From positions 372,001 through 436,000 of the forward strand of contig JBPQGU010000016.1 of assembly GCA_051362555.1 (NCBI GenBank): a stretch of DNA of 64,000 nucleotides, given 5' to 3'. The notes under the pieces are model-generated. The model was not told the origin of the DNA, did not search any database, and saw nothing but the letters and a program-made list of their open reading frames with translations. The position numbers and the translations under genes are program-made. This document shows positions 25,652 to 37,500 of the stretch, in pieces. Source of the DNA: Lingula anatina (taxonomy: Eukaryota; Animalia; Brachiopoda). How positions within the stretch are numbered: the first letter of the stretch is position 1; each line of letters begins with the position of its first letter.

Positions 25652-27288
25652 AAACTGGGCCCAGATTGAAGTGTGCAATATACACCCCTAAGAGTACAAT
25701 CCTGGGAGAGACAAATTTAAAACAGACAAGTGACAAATACAGCAAGGACTTTATCTTTGCAATGGAGAAAAATTATCTAGGTTTTCAGAAGAAACATAAC
25801 TTTGGAATCATTAAAAAATATTACTAGTATTCTACATAGCATTTTTGTACTTTTACTGTATGGAACAGTACTAAAGGGCAGCCTGTTTTCCACATCAACA
25901 AAAACAAAAAATCAAAAATAAGGAAAAAGAATACAGTCTCAGTACATATTATTAAAATAACTGCATTCAAGTCTCTTTCCTTCATGAATCCCCTCCCCAG
26001 TGTCTGTCAGGTGCTCTTCTCATGCCTCTTCTCCCCAGGCAACCGACCCACAGCGCTACCATTTAGATTGGAAGTTGATGTCACATATTGTTTTTTATTA
26101 ACTAACACAACACTGAAGTTTCCTGCCATATTACAAAACAAACTGGAATTTCAGAACTTTTTTTAACCTTTTCAAGTCCCCCAGGATAAGTGCGTGATTG
26201 TTTGATATAAAGATAATTAATATTTCATGCTACTTATGTATTTAAGTTTGTGGTTATTTGTACTGGGATGGTAAATCTATATTACAAAACTTCATAAGCT
26301 CAAGGGGCTAACTCATTATCAATTGACTGTATGATTTGTTATGCTTTCTGTTCGTTCACTTAAGTAAATACAAGAACTGGAAAAAAAATCACGAATGTCT
26401 CAAGACAAAATAAAGAACACTGGCACACCCTGTCTGTCAATGCTGGGTTTTGTAAGGTTAGACATTAATGTGTTTACTGTTCTGCTTTTCTCCATTGTGA
26501 TGTTGCATTGCTTTCTTTAATGACTATATGTTAGGACTGTTACAACATTGGCAACTTTATCATACCTAAGACAGGTATCACATGACACACACTCCACACA
26601 CAAGTTGTGTCTTGTGTCTTCTGTCAACTTAACTTGTCTGGTTTATCTTTGCTAAAGAAAAACAGGTCACTCACACCCACGTGTGTGTGTGTGACTGTGA
26701 GAGAGAGAAAGAGAAAAAAGTCTTGTTCAGCAGTATGGGCATGATGGATAAAAAGAAATGCAAATAAAATAATTTTTCATGAACTGATTTTCCTCACCTA
26801 CAAACTAAGCGACTTGAAGGTTCCTTCATCCAAGCAGAAGAAATTATATCCAAATTTAAGTATTCCATATGCTCTTATTCTCAAAGTTCCTCTCAAAGCG
26901 ACCATGTCTGAAAAGTGTTCAGGTTTTTATCTAAACGAAAAATGTTGACACCTTCCCGCCTGGCATCCAGATGTTGTTTCTTTGCCGACTTTTCACTGCG
27001 ACTAATGAAACGTACCTAGTGTCAACATAGTCACTACACCCCTGTGCCTGACACTTGTGATCTTTCTTTACTCACTTTCCTTTTTTATTTGAGGGACAAA
27101 TCAAAGGAGAAAAAGTCTGATTCAGATGGCATTCCTGATCAAATTAACATTATTTTACTGGATTTCACACTTTATAATGGAGGTTTGGGTTTCGTATCAT
27201 TTCCACATAGACAAGTGTATAAACAAATCTCTATAACTGTCCCTAAATAAGATCCAAAGGCAGATTTTAGGACACTGGAAAACGGTGA

Positions 27289-27291
<3 letters not shown>

Positions 27292-27347
<56 letters not shown>
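27292..27347. repeat. (TA)n microsatellite
   Basis: Direct reading. Confidence 0.95.
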
Positions 27348-27351
<4 letters not shown>

Positions 27352-29150
27352 ATAAAATTATGTTTAAATCACTGACAAATGCCATATTTTTTCCAGCAAA
27401 ATTGCTTTAAAAAATTGGTTTTATCCAGAAAACAAAAAATTCAACAACATATCATTTTTTAAATTCATGTAGCTAACACTTTAAGGAAAAATCAACTTAC
27501 AACAAAGGTATAATCAATGATATAAAATATTATAACTGAGTATGCAGAGTACTCTCTGTTCTATAACATGCTAGTACTACAGTATATATAAGCATGCGTA
27601 AATATTACCTGGCAGTCACAGGCAAACAACATCAAGTTTTAATGGCGCGTTGTTATGTTGTTCCGTGTAAGAAAACAGCCTCGTTAATACAGTGTTTGCT
27701 CTACATTTCTATACGCAAGTCAGAATTATTGATAGGTCACTGGACAAGGATAAAAACGCACCTAGGATATTGGTGACTGACCCACTTAACTGACAATAGA
27801 TAGTGTGAGTGATTGGTTTGGGTAGCAGACATTCAATCCTTTCACATTTTTTAGTTAACAATCCCAGTGTATATCCGATACCTCCCATGTAATTAAGCCC
27901 CCCTTAAGCCTACAGTAAATAAGTCTAAAAGTTTATTCTCTACAGGTACCAAGGCTCAGGAGAATATTTTTCAACAGATATCTGCAGATATTGGGCTATT
28001 AACTAGATGTGCACATTCCTTTACAGAAGGGAATTTTGCCACAACAACAACTAAGTCATCACCTATTTGTTCCCTGATACAGAACTTTAAGTTAGGTTGC
28101 CACAAGCAAACTTCAGTTCACATATTCCAGTACTTATAAAACAGTCAAGTCTCTCAGACTGTGCTCAGCTGAGTCATGTTAAGTCAATGCAGCATACTTA
28201 CACACACAAAGAAATCTTCATTTTTAGAGATTGGAAGAGTACTAGTACACAATTGAATATACTTAATGAACTAAAGTCTAGCTGTTACTAGTACATGTGT
28301 TTTCTAGAACTAGATTCAATAATCATTCGACTTAATAATTCAATATAATTTGCTTTACTAAATGTATGTAAGTGTTCCTCTCTCCTTGAACTTTTTCTCT
28401 TTCATCTCATATATGTTACTTTGTAAATAGTATCATTCAAGTATCCTCTAACCTTTATAACATCAACTAGACACTGTGCATTTTCTAAAGCTGTAGTTAA
28501 TTATTTAGGTTACAGCGTGTTATAGTTATTGCACATTACCTACCCTTTCCATTACTCCCCCTTTCTCTCTTGTCCCTCCAAGTCCCCCAGGCATTACCCT
28601 AGGTTCTAGATTCCGGTATTGCCAGCTCGATCTTGATTTCATATATAACCCATGTCGCAATAACAGGCTCTAGTGCACAGCGGCCATGTTAGGCTCCAGT
28701 CAATCAAATAGAACGGCTCCGCAGTGAATCTGCAGTTGAATGTCATCAGACCAAAATGAAACGTAAAACAGATTTAATTCTGCTTTATTTAATTTTATTT
28801 GTTGTATTTAAGATATGTAAAGTGAGAAATAAATAAAATGTTTCTGAAAGAAGAAGGTATATCCAATGTTTTTGTATTTTTTGCTTATCAAGGAACATTT
28901 AGTCCTGAGATATTACAATACACGTGCTTGCCGTGTGCCAAGTTTGACAGCTACACCCGATACCACTATAAGGGCTTCGCAATGGCTACACCAAAATCAA
29001 TTTTTAAAGCAGAATGTTGCTTGTATTGTGGCACTGACCTTCGACTGCAAGATATTTTCAATTCAAACTTCTAAATCCGCTTCAGACACTTTGATTCTTG
29101 TCTCGTCTGCACGAGATTACATGTATGTCAGCGCAAGGCGGGAAAGGCAG

Positions 29151-29256
29151 CTCCAGGCGGAAAAACCTGTGACGTACGAGACTTATGACTTCCAAATATG
29201 GATCCAGGCGGACACAGCTGTGACGTGTGACTTCCAAATATGGAAGCGCCCCAGGC
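29151..29256 (+). repeat. Short imperfect tandem repeat (~50 bp, just over two copies)
   Basis: TCCAGGCGGA...CTGTGACGT...TGACTTCCAAATATGG occurs twice, then a third CCAGGC. Confidence 0.75.
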
Positions 29257-31094
29257 AAAATTTTGAAGAAGAACGCCCTCAGTTTGTCGCTGTTCGTCAG
29301 AGCTAGTGAAAGTGACTCCAAGCTGTATTAAATACTAAACAAACTAACTTTCACGTTGCTCTGACACTCAGGGTACCAGGCATACGTACTAGTAGCTCTG
29401 CAAATATCCCCATTCAAACACAACACAATTTAATGAACCCGCAGCTCCCAAATCAATTAATTGCAATTAACAGCAATCATTGGGTCAGTCATCTCCATGT
29501 TGATTTACGAATTACATTGTTCGTAAAGACTCGTATGATATAATATCTACAGCTCAACATGCAAGCACTAAGCTGGTTACCAGATAATGCTCTCTAATTC
29601 ATTTTACAGTGTTTGCTACTTATATCAGTCATGGGCAGTGCTTTATGACCACATTGGGGTTTCAGTGGTCAATGAGAACTCATTTTTAGAGTTAAGTTTC
29701 TGATGATCACCAGGCTCATAGTCGTAGTCGGGGATGGGGAGGGGTGGCGGTTTGGGTTTTGGAGGCTTGAACAATGCCCCTTAAATTTTGATCTAGGTAC
29801 ATGAAGGGCTTGATGGTAAAAGGTCTACTTTTTCCCCGAAACAGAACCCCCTCTTTGAAATTTTTGGCTTTGGAACTGACCACCCTGATGAGTTTCAGAG
29901 GTCAATACAAAGTTGTTTTTAGATATCACCACATAATGATCAGGACTTTTTCCTTTCCCTCCTAACAACAGTCTTACATATGAAACAAGCTAAAACCAAG
30001 CATTATTTCAATCCCTAAATCCACAATTGACCAACTCCTCAGACCTGGTGTAGTCTGATTATGTTTGCCCCTCATGATTATAGCACCACTGAACCAAACC
30101 TATCAGGAAATTAAAATGTCAGCCCTGTCAACAACATTAACAAGTTGTTTAATATCTAAACAATACCCCTGGTCCCCTTATCAATAAACTGTTCCTGAGT
30201 TGTCAGGTAACACAGCAAATACAGTAACCTGTATGCTACTTCATCACCTTGAGGTTAATTGGTTTTCCATTCACATTTTTTAGTCAAATACTAGTTGTGG
30301 ACAATACAGGAGATACAGAATTGATTAATTAACTCGGACAACATGATTCTTTTTAACTGAAATTATTTTCTCATAAAAAGTATTTTGCCCAAATGATTTT
30401 TATTTCATTGATGTGCAGACACATCCCCTCCCTTCCCAAACCCAAACAAAAGCCTGTGCCTGCCACTACTTGTAGTGAACTGCTTGTACAATATTCATCA
30501 CTTAAAATTATGTCATTAATAATTTGACACTAGTACTAGTATTTGGTTTATTACATTTGCCTGAGTAGGTTCATTTTTCACATCGAACAGCACAGTTTCC
30601 TATATCTCACCTGACTAGGAAGTGCTTCAAATGGACTGGTCATGTCTTTATCAGTTGAATTCTGTATCACTCCATGTTACGGGGGCCTCTCAGAGGGAAA
30701 GGCACTTTTTAAAGACACTTTTTGGTTAAAACCAACCAAATCACCCAGTGTACCCAACCCTTTCTTTTATCATTAATCAGGACCTACCTCTTTGTTCAAC
30801 AGTTTTCTAAAATTATCCCTGTCAAACTAATTCCTCAGTATGAACTTCTTTAGAGTCGTCCCGAGTATTCAAAAGTTAAATACTTGACAAAACCTGCATG
30901 AAGGTGGTTAAACAGTTGCTGCACTCTTAAGTGTGGCTGTCACAATATGTGTTAAAACTCTACCGATGTATCAACAAAGTACTTAAACCTCGGTCTATTA
31001 ATACACAACATTTGTTGGTCTAGTGCTAAATGCTGAACACACATGGAGTTGAATATGCATATTTGCAAATTGAACATTTTTTTTTTTAAATAGA

Positions 31095-31362
31095 GCTTGA
31101 TTCTTCAAAGAGACTTGTATAAGAGAGTCTGATCCTTTAAAGACTTAAGAGGCCTGTGTAAGGGGGTTTGCTTCTTTAAAAAGACCTGAGTAAGAAGGCC
31201 TGATTCCTGAAAGAGGCTTGTGTAAAAGAGACTGAACAATTAAAATGGCTTTCGCGCAGGGGTCTGATTCTTTATTAGGGTCTGTGTAAGGGAGTCTGAT
31301 CAATTAAAATGGCTTGACGTTGTGTAAGAGGGTCTGATTCTTTAAAGTAACCTAGCTGTGTA
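31095..31362 (+). repeat. Degenerate ~33-bp minisatellite
   Basis: Recurring TGTAAGRGRGTCTGATTCTTTAAA-like motif, about 8 copies. Confidence 0.7.
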
Positions 31363-31391
31363 AACAGTAGAAGGTCAATAGTCTGAGTTAG

Positions 31392-33649
31392 TAGGGGGGT
31401 CCATAATTCCAAAAATATGTCAAAACCAGCTAAAAAGTTCCTTACACACCTAAAAACAATATTTCAAATGATCTTTTTGAAAGATCGTTGATAACTCAGC
31501 TGCTACATTTTATGATTACACGATTTTTAGCATTTTAGCGCGATTTTCAAGATTTTCTACTGTTTCGGGACTATTTCCTACAACATGAATGAAAGTTACA
31601 TGGGCCTGACAAGTTATTTTAAACTCACCAAAGCCAAATAGATGGGGTTTTTTATTTGGTTTTTAAGAAATTTGTGTAAAAAGTTTATTTGAAAGCTAGC
31701 TAAATACTCAAAATCATGTCGGCATTGACACCTTAAATCAATAACATCATCATGGTAATTCAACATTTCTCATGATTTCGTTATCTTTTTAGGGTATCTA
31801 TACTGTATTACTGAAAAACTAGCTAGACAATGATGGCATCTAGCTTGTCTTGTAAGGGATGCTCTGGCATTGGAATATATCAGAATAGTTGCTGCTGTTG
31901 TAGCATTCAATTAGTTTCATGCCATAACAATATCCTGGGGTGCAACACACAGCAAATTGAAAGAAAAGTTTCAATGATTACATCTAAAGCTGAGTAGAAA
32001 TGAGGTAAATGAGAATTTCTTTCAGCTAGACGCTCCTGAGTTTTTTGTTTCAACCAAGAATTATTCTAGGAAGTGAAAGATACCTATGGCCTACATGTAG
32101 TTGAGAGTGTGAAACGATGTGCTAGTGCACATCTGAATGAGTGCATAGCTTTGACAAAGAAGATATTACCAGGAATGGCAAAGGTTCTGGCTATGCAACG
32201 CGGAAAATACTATGGACTTGGTGAATATCCAGCTGAATATTCTGTGTTTGATCAGTGTGAAAACATGGATGAGACCCCTGTCCACAACCTTTAAATGGAA
32301 CTGCAGTGTGGTGACACGGATCAAAGATTGAGGAAGAAACCAAAACTAGAGGCTGTGGCTTGAGGGACTGTGCTAAAGAAACTAGCAAATTAAGGAAAAC
32401 TGTTTCTACTGAATACCGGTGTAACATGAAAATCTGACATCCTCCCCCCCCCCCCCCGTCAATATTTTATAATGAAAATCTGACCCCTCCCCCCCCATGA
32501 AATTTTGACCCCCCCTACAAACCTTTATAAATCTTATTTTATTTGGGTATATGACTTCTACAACCCAAAGACTCCCCTATGAAAAAGCTATTTATTTGAT
32601 ATTTGATGATCATTTCAATACCTTTCCATTAAGTATACTTTATTAAGAACATATTGGAAATATTAGAAAGTTTGATTGTAAAATATTGGGTGAAAAAAAT
32701 GAAAAAAAAATCCTGAAAAATCTCCATTTTCATATCCATGGTATTTGGACTCCCATGAAGACAAAACCCCATTTTATATTTAGTCACCATACCATTATTT
32801 TCCACATAGTTTGCATTGTGACAAATATTTTGTTAGTATTTGAAAGTATGGTGGCAAAAAATTGGTGAAATTGAAATGATCACCAAATATCAAGTAAACA
32901 ACTTTTCCATAGGGGATTCATTGTTTGGTAGAATAAACATTTTTAATTTTCTTCTATTCTCATGAAAACATTTACCTGCAAACTAGCAAAAAGTGCCAAT
33001 GTATCCTCTATTATGTATACTACAAGATAAAAGTCATATACTCAAATAAAATAAGATTTATAAAGTTTTGTAGGGGGAGTCAAAATGTCATGGGGGGGGG
33101 TCACATACGCTAGAGACACATCCCTAACACTGCCAAAATGTAGTCCTGTGATATTCAATATTAATGGAGGGAAGAGAAGGATGTTAACTCCAGAACAGTT
33201 TAGAATGAACCTGAAAAAGTTGTTGGGAAAAAGAAAGAAAGATCCACCATAAAGCCGACTTAGGCTTCCAAAAAGCATTGAATTCTTAGTGAATTGAATT
33301 CGTATTGAATTCCTGTCTTTTTGAACTTATTATGAATCATTATCTAGGTGTTAGAACCCTTAGTTTAGTTTTCATATGCATTTAGTCTGTCAGAATTGTT
33401 AGTCACAATGAAATTTGTGTTAAATTGTAAGCATAAACATTGATATGAAAAACCATCATATCTTACAAAATACAGAGTTTAAGTATTTTTAGCGATTTTT
33501 CTCCAAAATACTTAAACTCAAGTAGCAGCTCTGATAATAGAGATAGACTAATTTGTTTTTTTGTAGTTTGCTTTTAAGATGTATAAGCATCTTTTTAGGT
33601 GGTTTTGGCACTGTTTTGGGGAAAAAAGTTATCTAAGGACACCCCCCTA
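31392..33649 (+). mobile_element. Unclassified DNA transposon with decayed transposase-like coding remnant
   Basis: Termini TAGGGGGGT / ACCCCCCTA with imperfect inner IR (CAAAACCAGCTAAAAAG vs CTTTTTAGGTGGTTTTG). A broken reading frame at ~31860-32400 (LAMQRGKYYG...TPVHNL*MELQCG) seems to resume at ~33110. Confidence 0.6.
32420..33105. mobile_element. Nested TIR element (TGT...ACA ends)
   Basis: TTTTGACCCCCCCTACAAACCTTTATAAATCTTATTTTATTTGGGTATATGACTT mirrored at ~33031-33086, plus further inner inverted matches. Confidence 0.75.
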
Positions 33650-33654
33650 GAGTA

Positions 33655-33830
33655 AGGGACCATTCCCACAGATAATTAGATTGATCTATCTCCCTGGGGA
33701 GTCTCACTTAATTGCTATCAAACTAACAGGCTTACTAGTAAACATCTGTCACGCCTAGTAAAACTGTTAGGGGGTAATTAGCTTTACCCCTAGCTGATTC
33801 GGTAGGCGTGATAGACATTTAAGCCCCTAG
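33655..33830. mobile_element. Diverged copy of the 7674/25123 MITE family
   Basis: CATTCCCA...TTAGATTGATCTATCTCCCTGGGGAGTCTCAC...GACATTTAAGCC. Confidence 0.6.
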
Positions 33831-34042
33831 AGCTTCATACTCTCAACTACATGTAGGCCATAGGTATCTTTCACTTCCTAGAATGCAATCAGATTAACAG
33901 ACAACTGCACCTCTTCCTGGCAATGAGTAGAGGAGCTGGTGATTATTAATACCGTATAATGCAAGTATGATGGAAACAAACAGAGGCGTGTTCATCTGAT
34001 TGGACTCAGCGACAGTCCCCTTGGAGTTAGTGTGCAGTAGCT

Positions 34043-34210
34043 CAGGGGCGGATTTAGGCCGTCTTCTGGGTCTTCTGGCAGACGGTCAGATTTTTAAGTT
34101 AACATTGACGGGTATCTAATTTTTTCTGTCGGAAGACGGTCAAAAATGGAGGACGGATCAACAAAGATAATTTGGAAGACTGTCAGAAAATATCTCTGGA
34201 TCCGCCCCTG
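34043..34210. mobile_element. MITE with CAGGGGCGGAT termini and 6-bp TSD (GTAGCT)
   Basis: TIR CAGGGGCGGAT / ATCCGCCCCTG; GTAGCT on both flanks. Confidence 0.9.
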
Positions 34211-34492
34211 GTAGCTAATGCAGTTTAACAAATTATGAATGAACTCTTAGGCCCTTTTCATATCAGATGGTATACTTGAAGCTACTGCCACACTTTCAGA
34301 GGTCCTAACTTGTACATGTAGTAATGCTATAGGTTTTACTCGCTTGCACAAGTTTGACAAGACAAGACCAGAATGGATGGCCATATCGAGTCACAGTAGT
34401 TATCGTCTCATTTCTCTTTTTGCCAGAATTAATTTTTGAAAATTGCGATTGATTACTATAAGAGGAAACTCGCACGTACGGAGGGTGGGCGG

Positions 34493-34597
34493 GTCTGTCA
34501 CGGAGCAGTCGGTAGCGTGCATGGATACAAATGAGACATCAAAAGCGTCATCAACCATGGTAACTCAAAGTCACGGGTTCGAGTCCCGGATGAGGCA
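34493..34597 (+). ncRNA. tRNA-like Pol III module, first of 16 in the array (others start at 35892, 37291, 38684, 40084, 41483, 42876, 44276, 45669, 47078, 48478, 50741, 52146, 53560, 54970, 56369)
   Basis: D arm GAGC-AGTCGGTA-GCGT; anticodon stem CATGG/CCATG around 30 nt; 13-nt variable region; T arm CGGG-TTCGAGT-CCCG; imperfect acceptor GTCTRTC / GATGAGGC-A; TTTT ~93 nt downstream. Confidence 0.62.
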
Positions 34598-37500
34598 CGT
34601 CAGTCCATCACTACAACGACCTTCCCCCTGAATCGGGATGTCACGAGACGGGAACGAATGAGGGATCTCGTGGGACTTAGCAAATTACCTTTTGCATAAA
34701 AATACGGTATACTTTAGAAAGTTTACATCTGCGTCGACAATTCTATTTCCTTTCTCTTCAGTTAAAAGGCCTTATATTGGTGCCACAGATCTTGAACTTA
34801 AATTGAGCTATAACGAACTCCGTATGGCTTGCATTTCATCAAAATGTGCTATCTTCTTGGTGGGATTATCAGAGAGAAAACTTTTCATTTTTTACTAAAG
34901 TTGCGTCACCTCTACTCCTTTTATCAGGCACGCATTTTGTTTGTTTGTTTGTTTGTTTGTTTCTTTTTTTAATGCCCTTCCTTTCCTATCTTGGGCCCTT
35001 GCTTCTCAAGATGTTCATATGTTCATACAGTACCAGGGGCAAGTAAGCAGTCGACATTTGAAAGAGTAAAGACTACTCAATACTTAAACTGCCGAGGTGT
35101 GAACAGCTGTGGACGTCATCGTGCTCCACAACGTCAAAGGTGAAACCAAACGTTATCTCAATGCAAAACCAAATGAAAATAAAAGCATCCGAAGTCAGCT
35201 TACTAGGAACGTACTAAGCAGGCCTATCAGTGGATACGATCCAAATTGTTTTGATTCTGTAGCTTTTCTGGTATTAAAGAACGTCATACCACCTGTTAAC
35301 CAAACGATATCTCCTCGGCGGAATTATTTGCCAAATTTGTTTTACTGAAAATTTCCGTGGCTGCAATCGAACCAGTAATTAAACACTTGAATGTATTTTT
35401 TTTTATTCTCTCCTCTTATGGTCTCGCTAAAATTAAAACCCTCCTGTTGTGAACTGCCTTTGATCTCAAGGTACTCTTTAATATCATGGGTAAAGCCAAA
35501 ACAATCTTAGTATAAAACCAACTCCGAGCTCCGAGTCGGGTTGTCAAACACGACTTCGTGTACATCATGAAGTTCACCGTTCATTTCGGGGACTGGGGTT
35601 GCGTGGGCTGAAATGCGTCACCCGGATTATCGATTGCGATAGCAGGTCTCAACATGCACACCCAATCTGACGCTCTCTGTGACGAGGTTGAAAGTTTCCA
35701 TCTGATCCATTAGAATCAACAGAGCTGTCGTGGCTGCGAGGTAACGCTGCTGGCTTACATACAGGCAGACTCTCGGTCAATAGTTCGAGTCACAGTAGTT
35801 ATCGTCTCATTTCTCTTTTTGCCAGAATTAATTTTTGAAAATTGCGATTGATTACTATCAGAGGAAACTCGCACGTACGGAGAGTGGGCGGGTCTGTCAC
35901 GGAGCAGTCGGTAGCGTGCATGGATACAAATGAGACATCAAAAGCGTCATCAACCATGGTAACTCAAAGTCACGGGTTCGAGTCCCGGATGAGGCACGTC
36001 AGTCCATCACTACAACGACCTTCCCCCTGAATCGGGATGTCACGAGACGGGAACGAATGAGGAATCTCGTGGGACTTAGCAAATTACCTTTTGCATAAAA
36101 ATACGGTATACTTAAGAAAGTTTACATCTGCGTCGACAATTCTATTTCCTTTCTCTTCAGTTAAAAGGCCTTATATTGGTGCCACAGATCTTGAACTTAA
36201 ATTGAGCTATAACGAACTCCGTATGGCTTGCATTTCATCAAAATGTGCTATCTTCTTGGTGGGATTATCAGAGGGAAAACTTTTCATTTTTTACTAAAGT
36301 TGCGTCACCTCTTCTCCTTTTATCAGGCACGCATTTTGTTTGTTTGTTTGTTTCTTTTTTTTAATGCCCTTCCTTTCCTATGTTGGACCCTTGCTTCTCA
36401 AGATGTTCATATGTTCATACAGTACCCGGGGCAAGTTAGCAGTCGACATTTGAAAGAGTAAAGACTACTCAATACTTAAACTGCCGAGGTGTGAACAGCT
36501 GTGGACGTCATCGTGCTCCACAACGTTAAAGGTGAAACCAAACGTTATCTCAATGCAAAACCAAATGAAAATAAAAGCATCCGAAGTCAGCTTACTAGGA
36601 ACGTACATGTACTAAGCAGGCCTATCAGTGGATACGATCCAAATTGTTTTGATTCTGTAGCTTTTCTGGTATTAAAGAACGTCATACCACCTGTTAACCA
36701 AACGATATCTCCTCGGCGGAATTATTTGCCAAATTTGTCTTACTGAAAATTTCCGTGGCTGCAATCGAACCAGTAATTAAACACTTGAATGTATTTTTTT
36801 TTATTCTCTCCTCTTACGGTCTCGCTAAAATTAAAACCCTCCTGTTGTGAACCGCCTCTGATCCCAAGGTACTCTTTAATATCATGGGTAAAGCCAAAAC
36901 AAATCTTAGTATAAAACCAACTCCGAGCTCCGAGTCGGGTTGTCAAACACGACTTCGTGTACATCATGAAGTTCACCGTTCATTTCGGGGACTGGGGTTG
37001 CGTTGGCTGAAATGCGTCACCCGGATTATCGATTGCGATAGCAGGTCTCCACATGCACACCCAATCTGGCGCTCTCCGTGACGAGGTTGAAAGTTTCCAT
37101 CTGATTCATTAGAGTCAACGGAGCTGTCGTGGCTGCGTGGTAACGCTGCTGGCTTACATACAGGCAGACTCTCGGTCGCTAGTTCGAGTCACAGTAGTTA
37201 TCGCCTCATTTCTCTTTTTGCCAGAATTAATTTTTGAAAATTGCGATTGATTACTATAAGAGGAAACTCGCACGTACGGAGGGTGGGCGGGTCTGTCACG
37301 GAGCAGTCGGTAGCGTGCATGGGTACAAATGAGACATCAAAAGCGTCATCAACCATGGTTACTCAAAGTCACGGGTTCGAGTCCCGGAAGAGGCACGTCA
37401 GTCCATCACTACAACGACCTTGCCCCTGAATCGGGATGTCACGAGACGGGAACGAATGAGGGATCTCGTGGGACTTAGCAAATTACCTTTTGCATAAAAA

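Noticed and set aside
27946-28140. Possible plus-strand exon after TCTCTACAG
   Set aside because: No convincing donor or partner exons and no recognisable protein similarity
28838-29321. 146-aa ORF and overlapping ORFs
   Set aside because: No recognisable domain; partly kept open by a tandem repeat; no supporting exon structure
34493-34597. Functional tRNA-Cys(ACA), tRNA-Leu(CAA) or tRNA-Sec(TCA)
   Set aside because: No U8, purine at position 32, mismatched D and acceptor stems and a 4-bp T stem. The CTCAAA triplets fall in the variable region. Called tRNA-like only.
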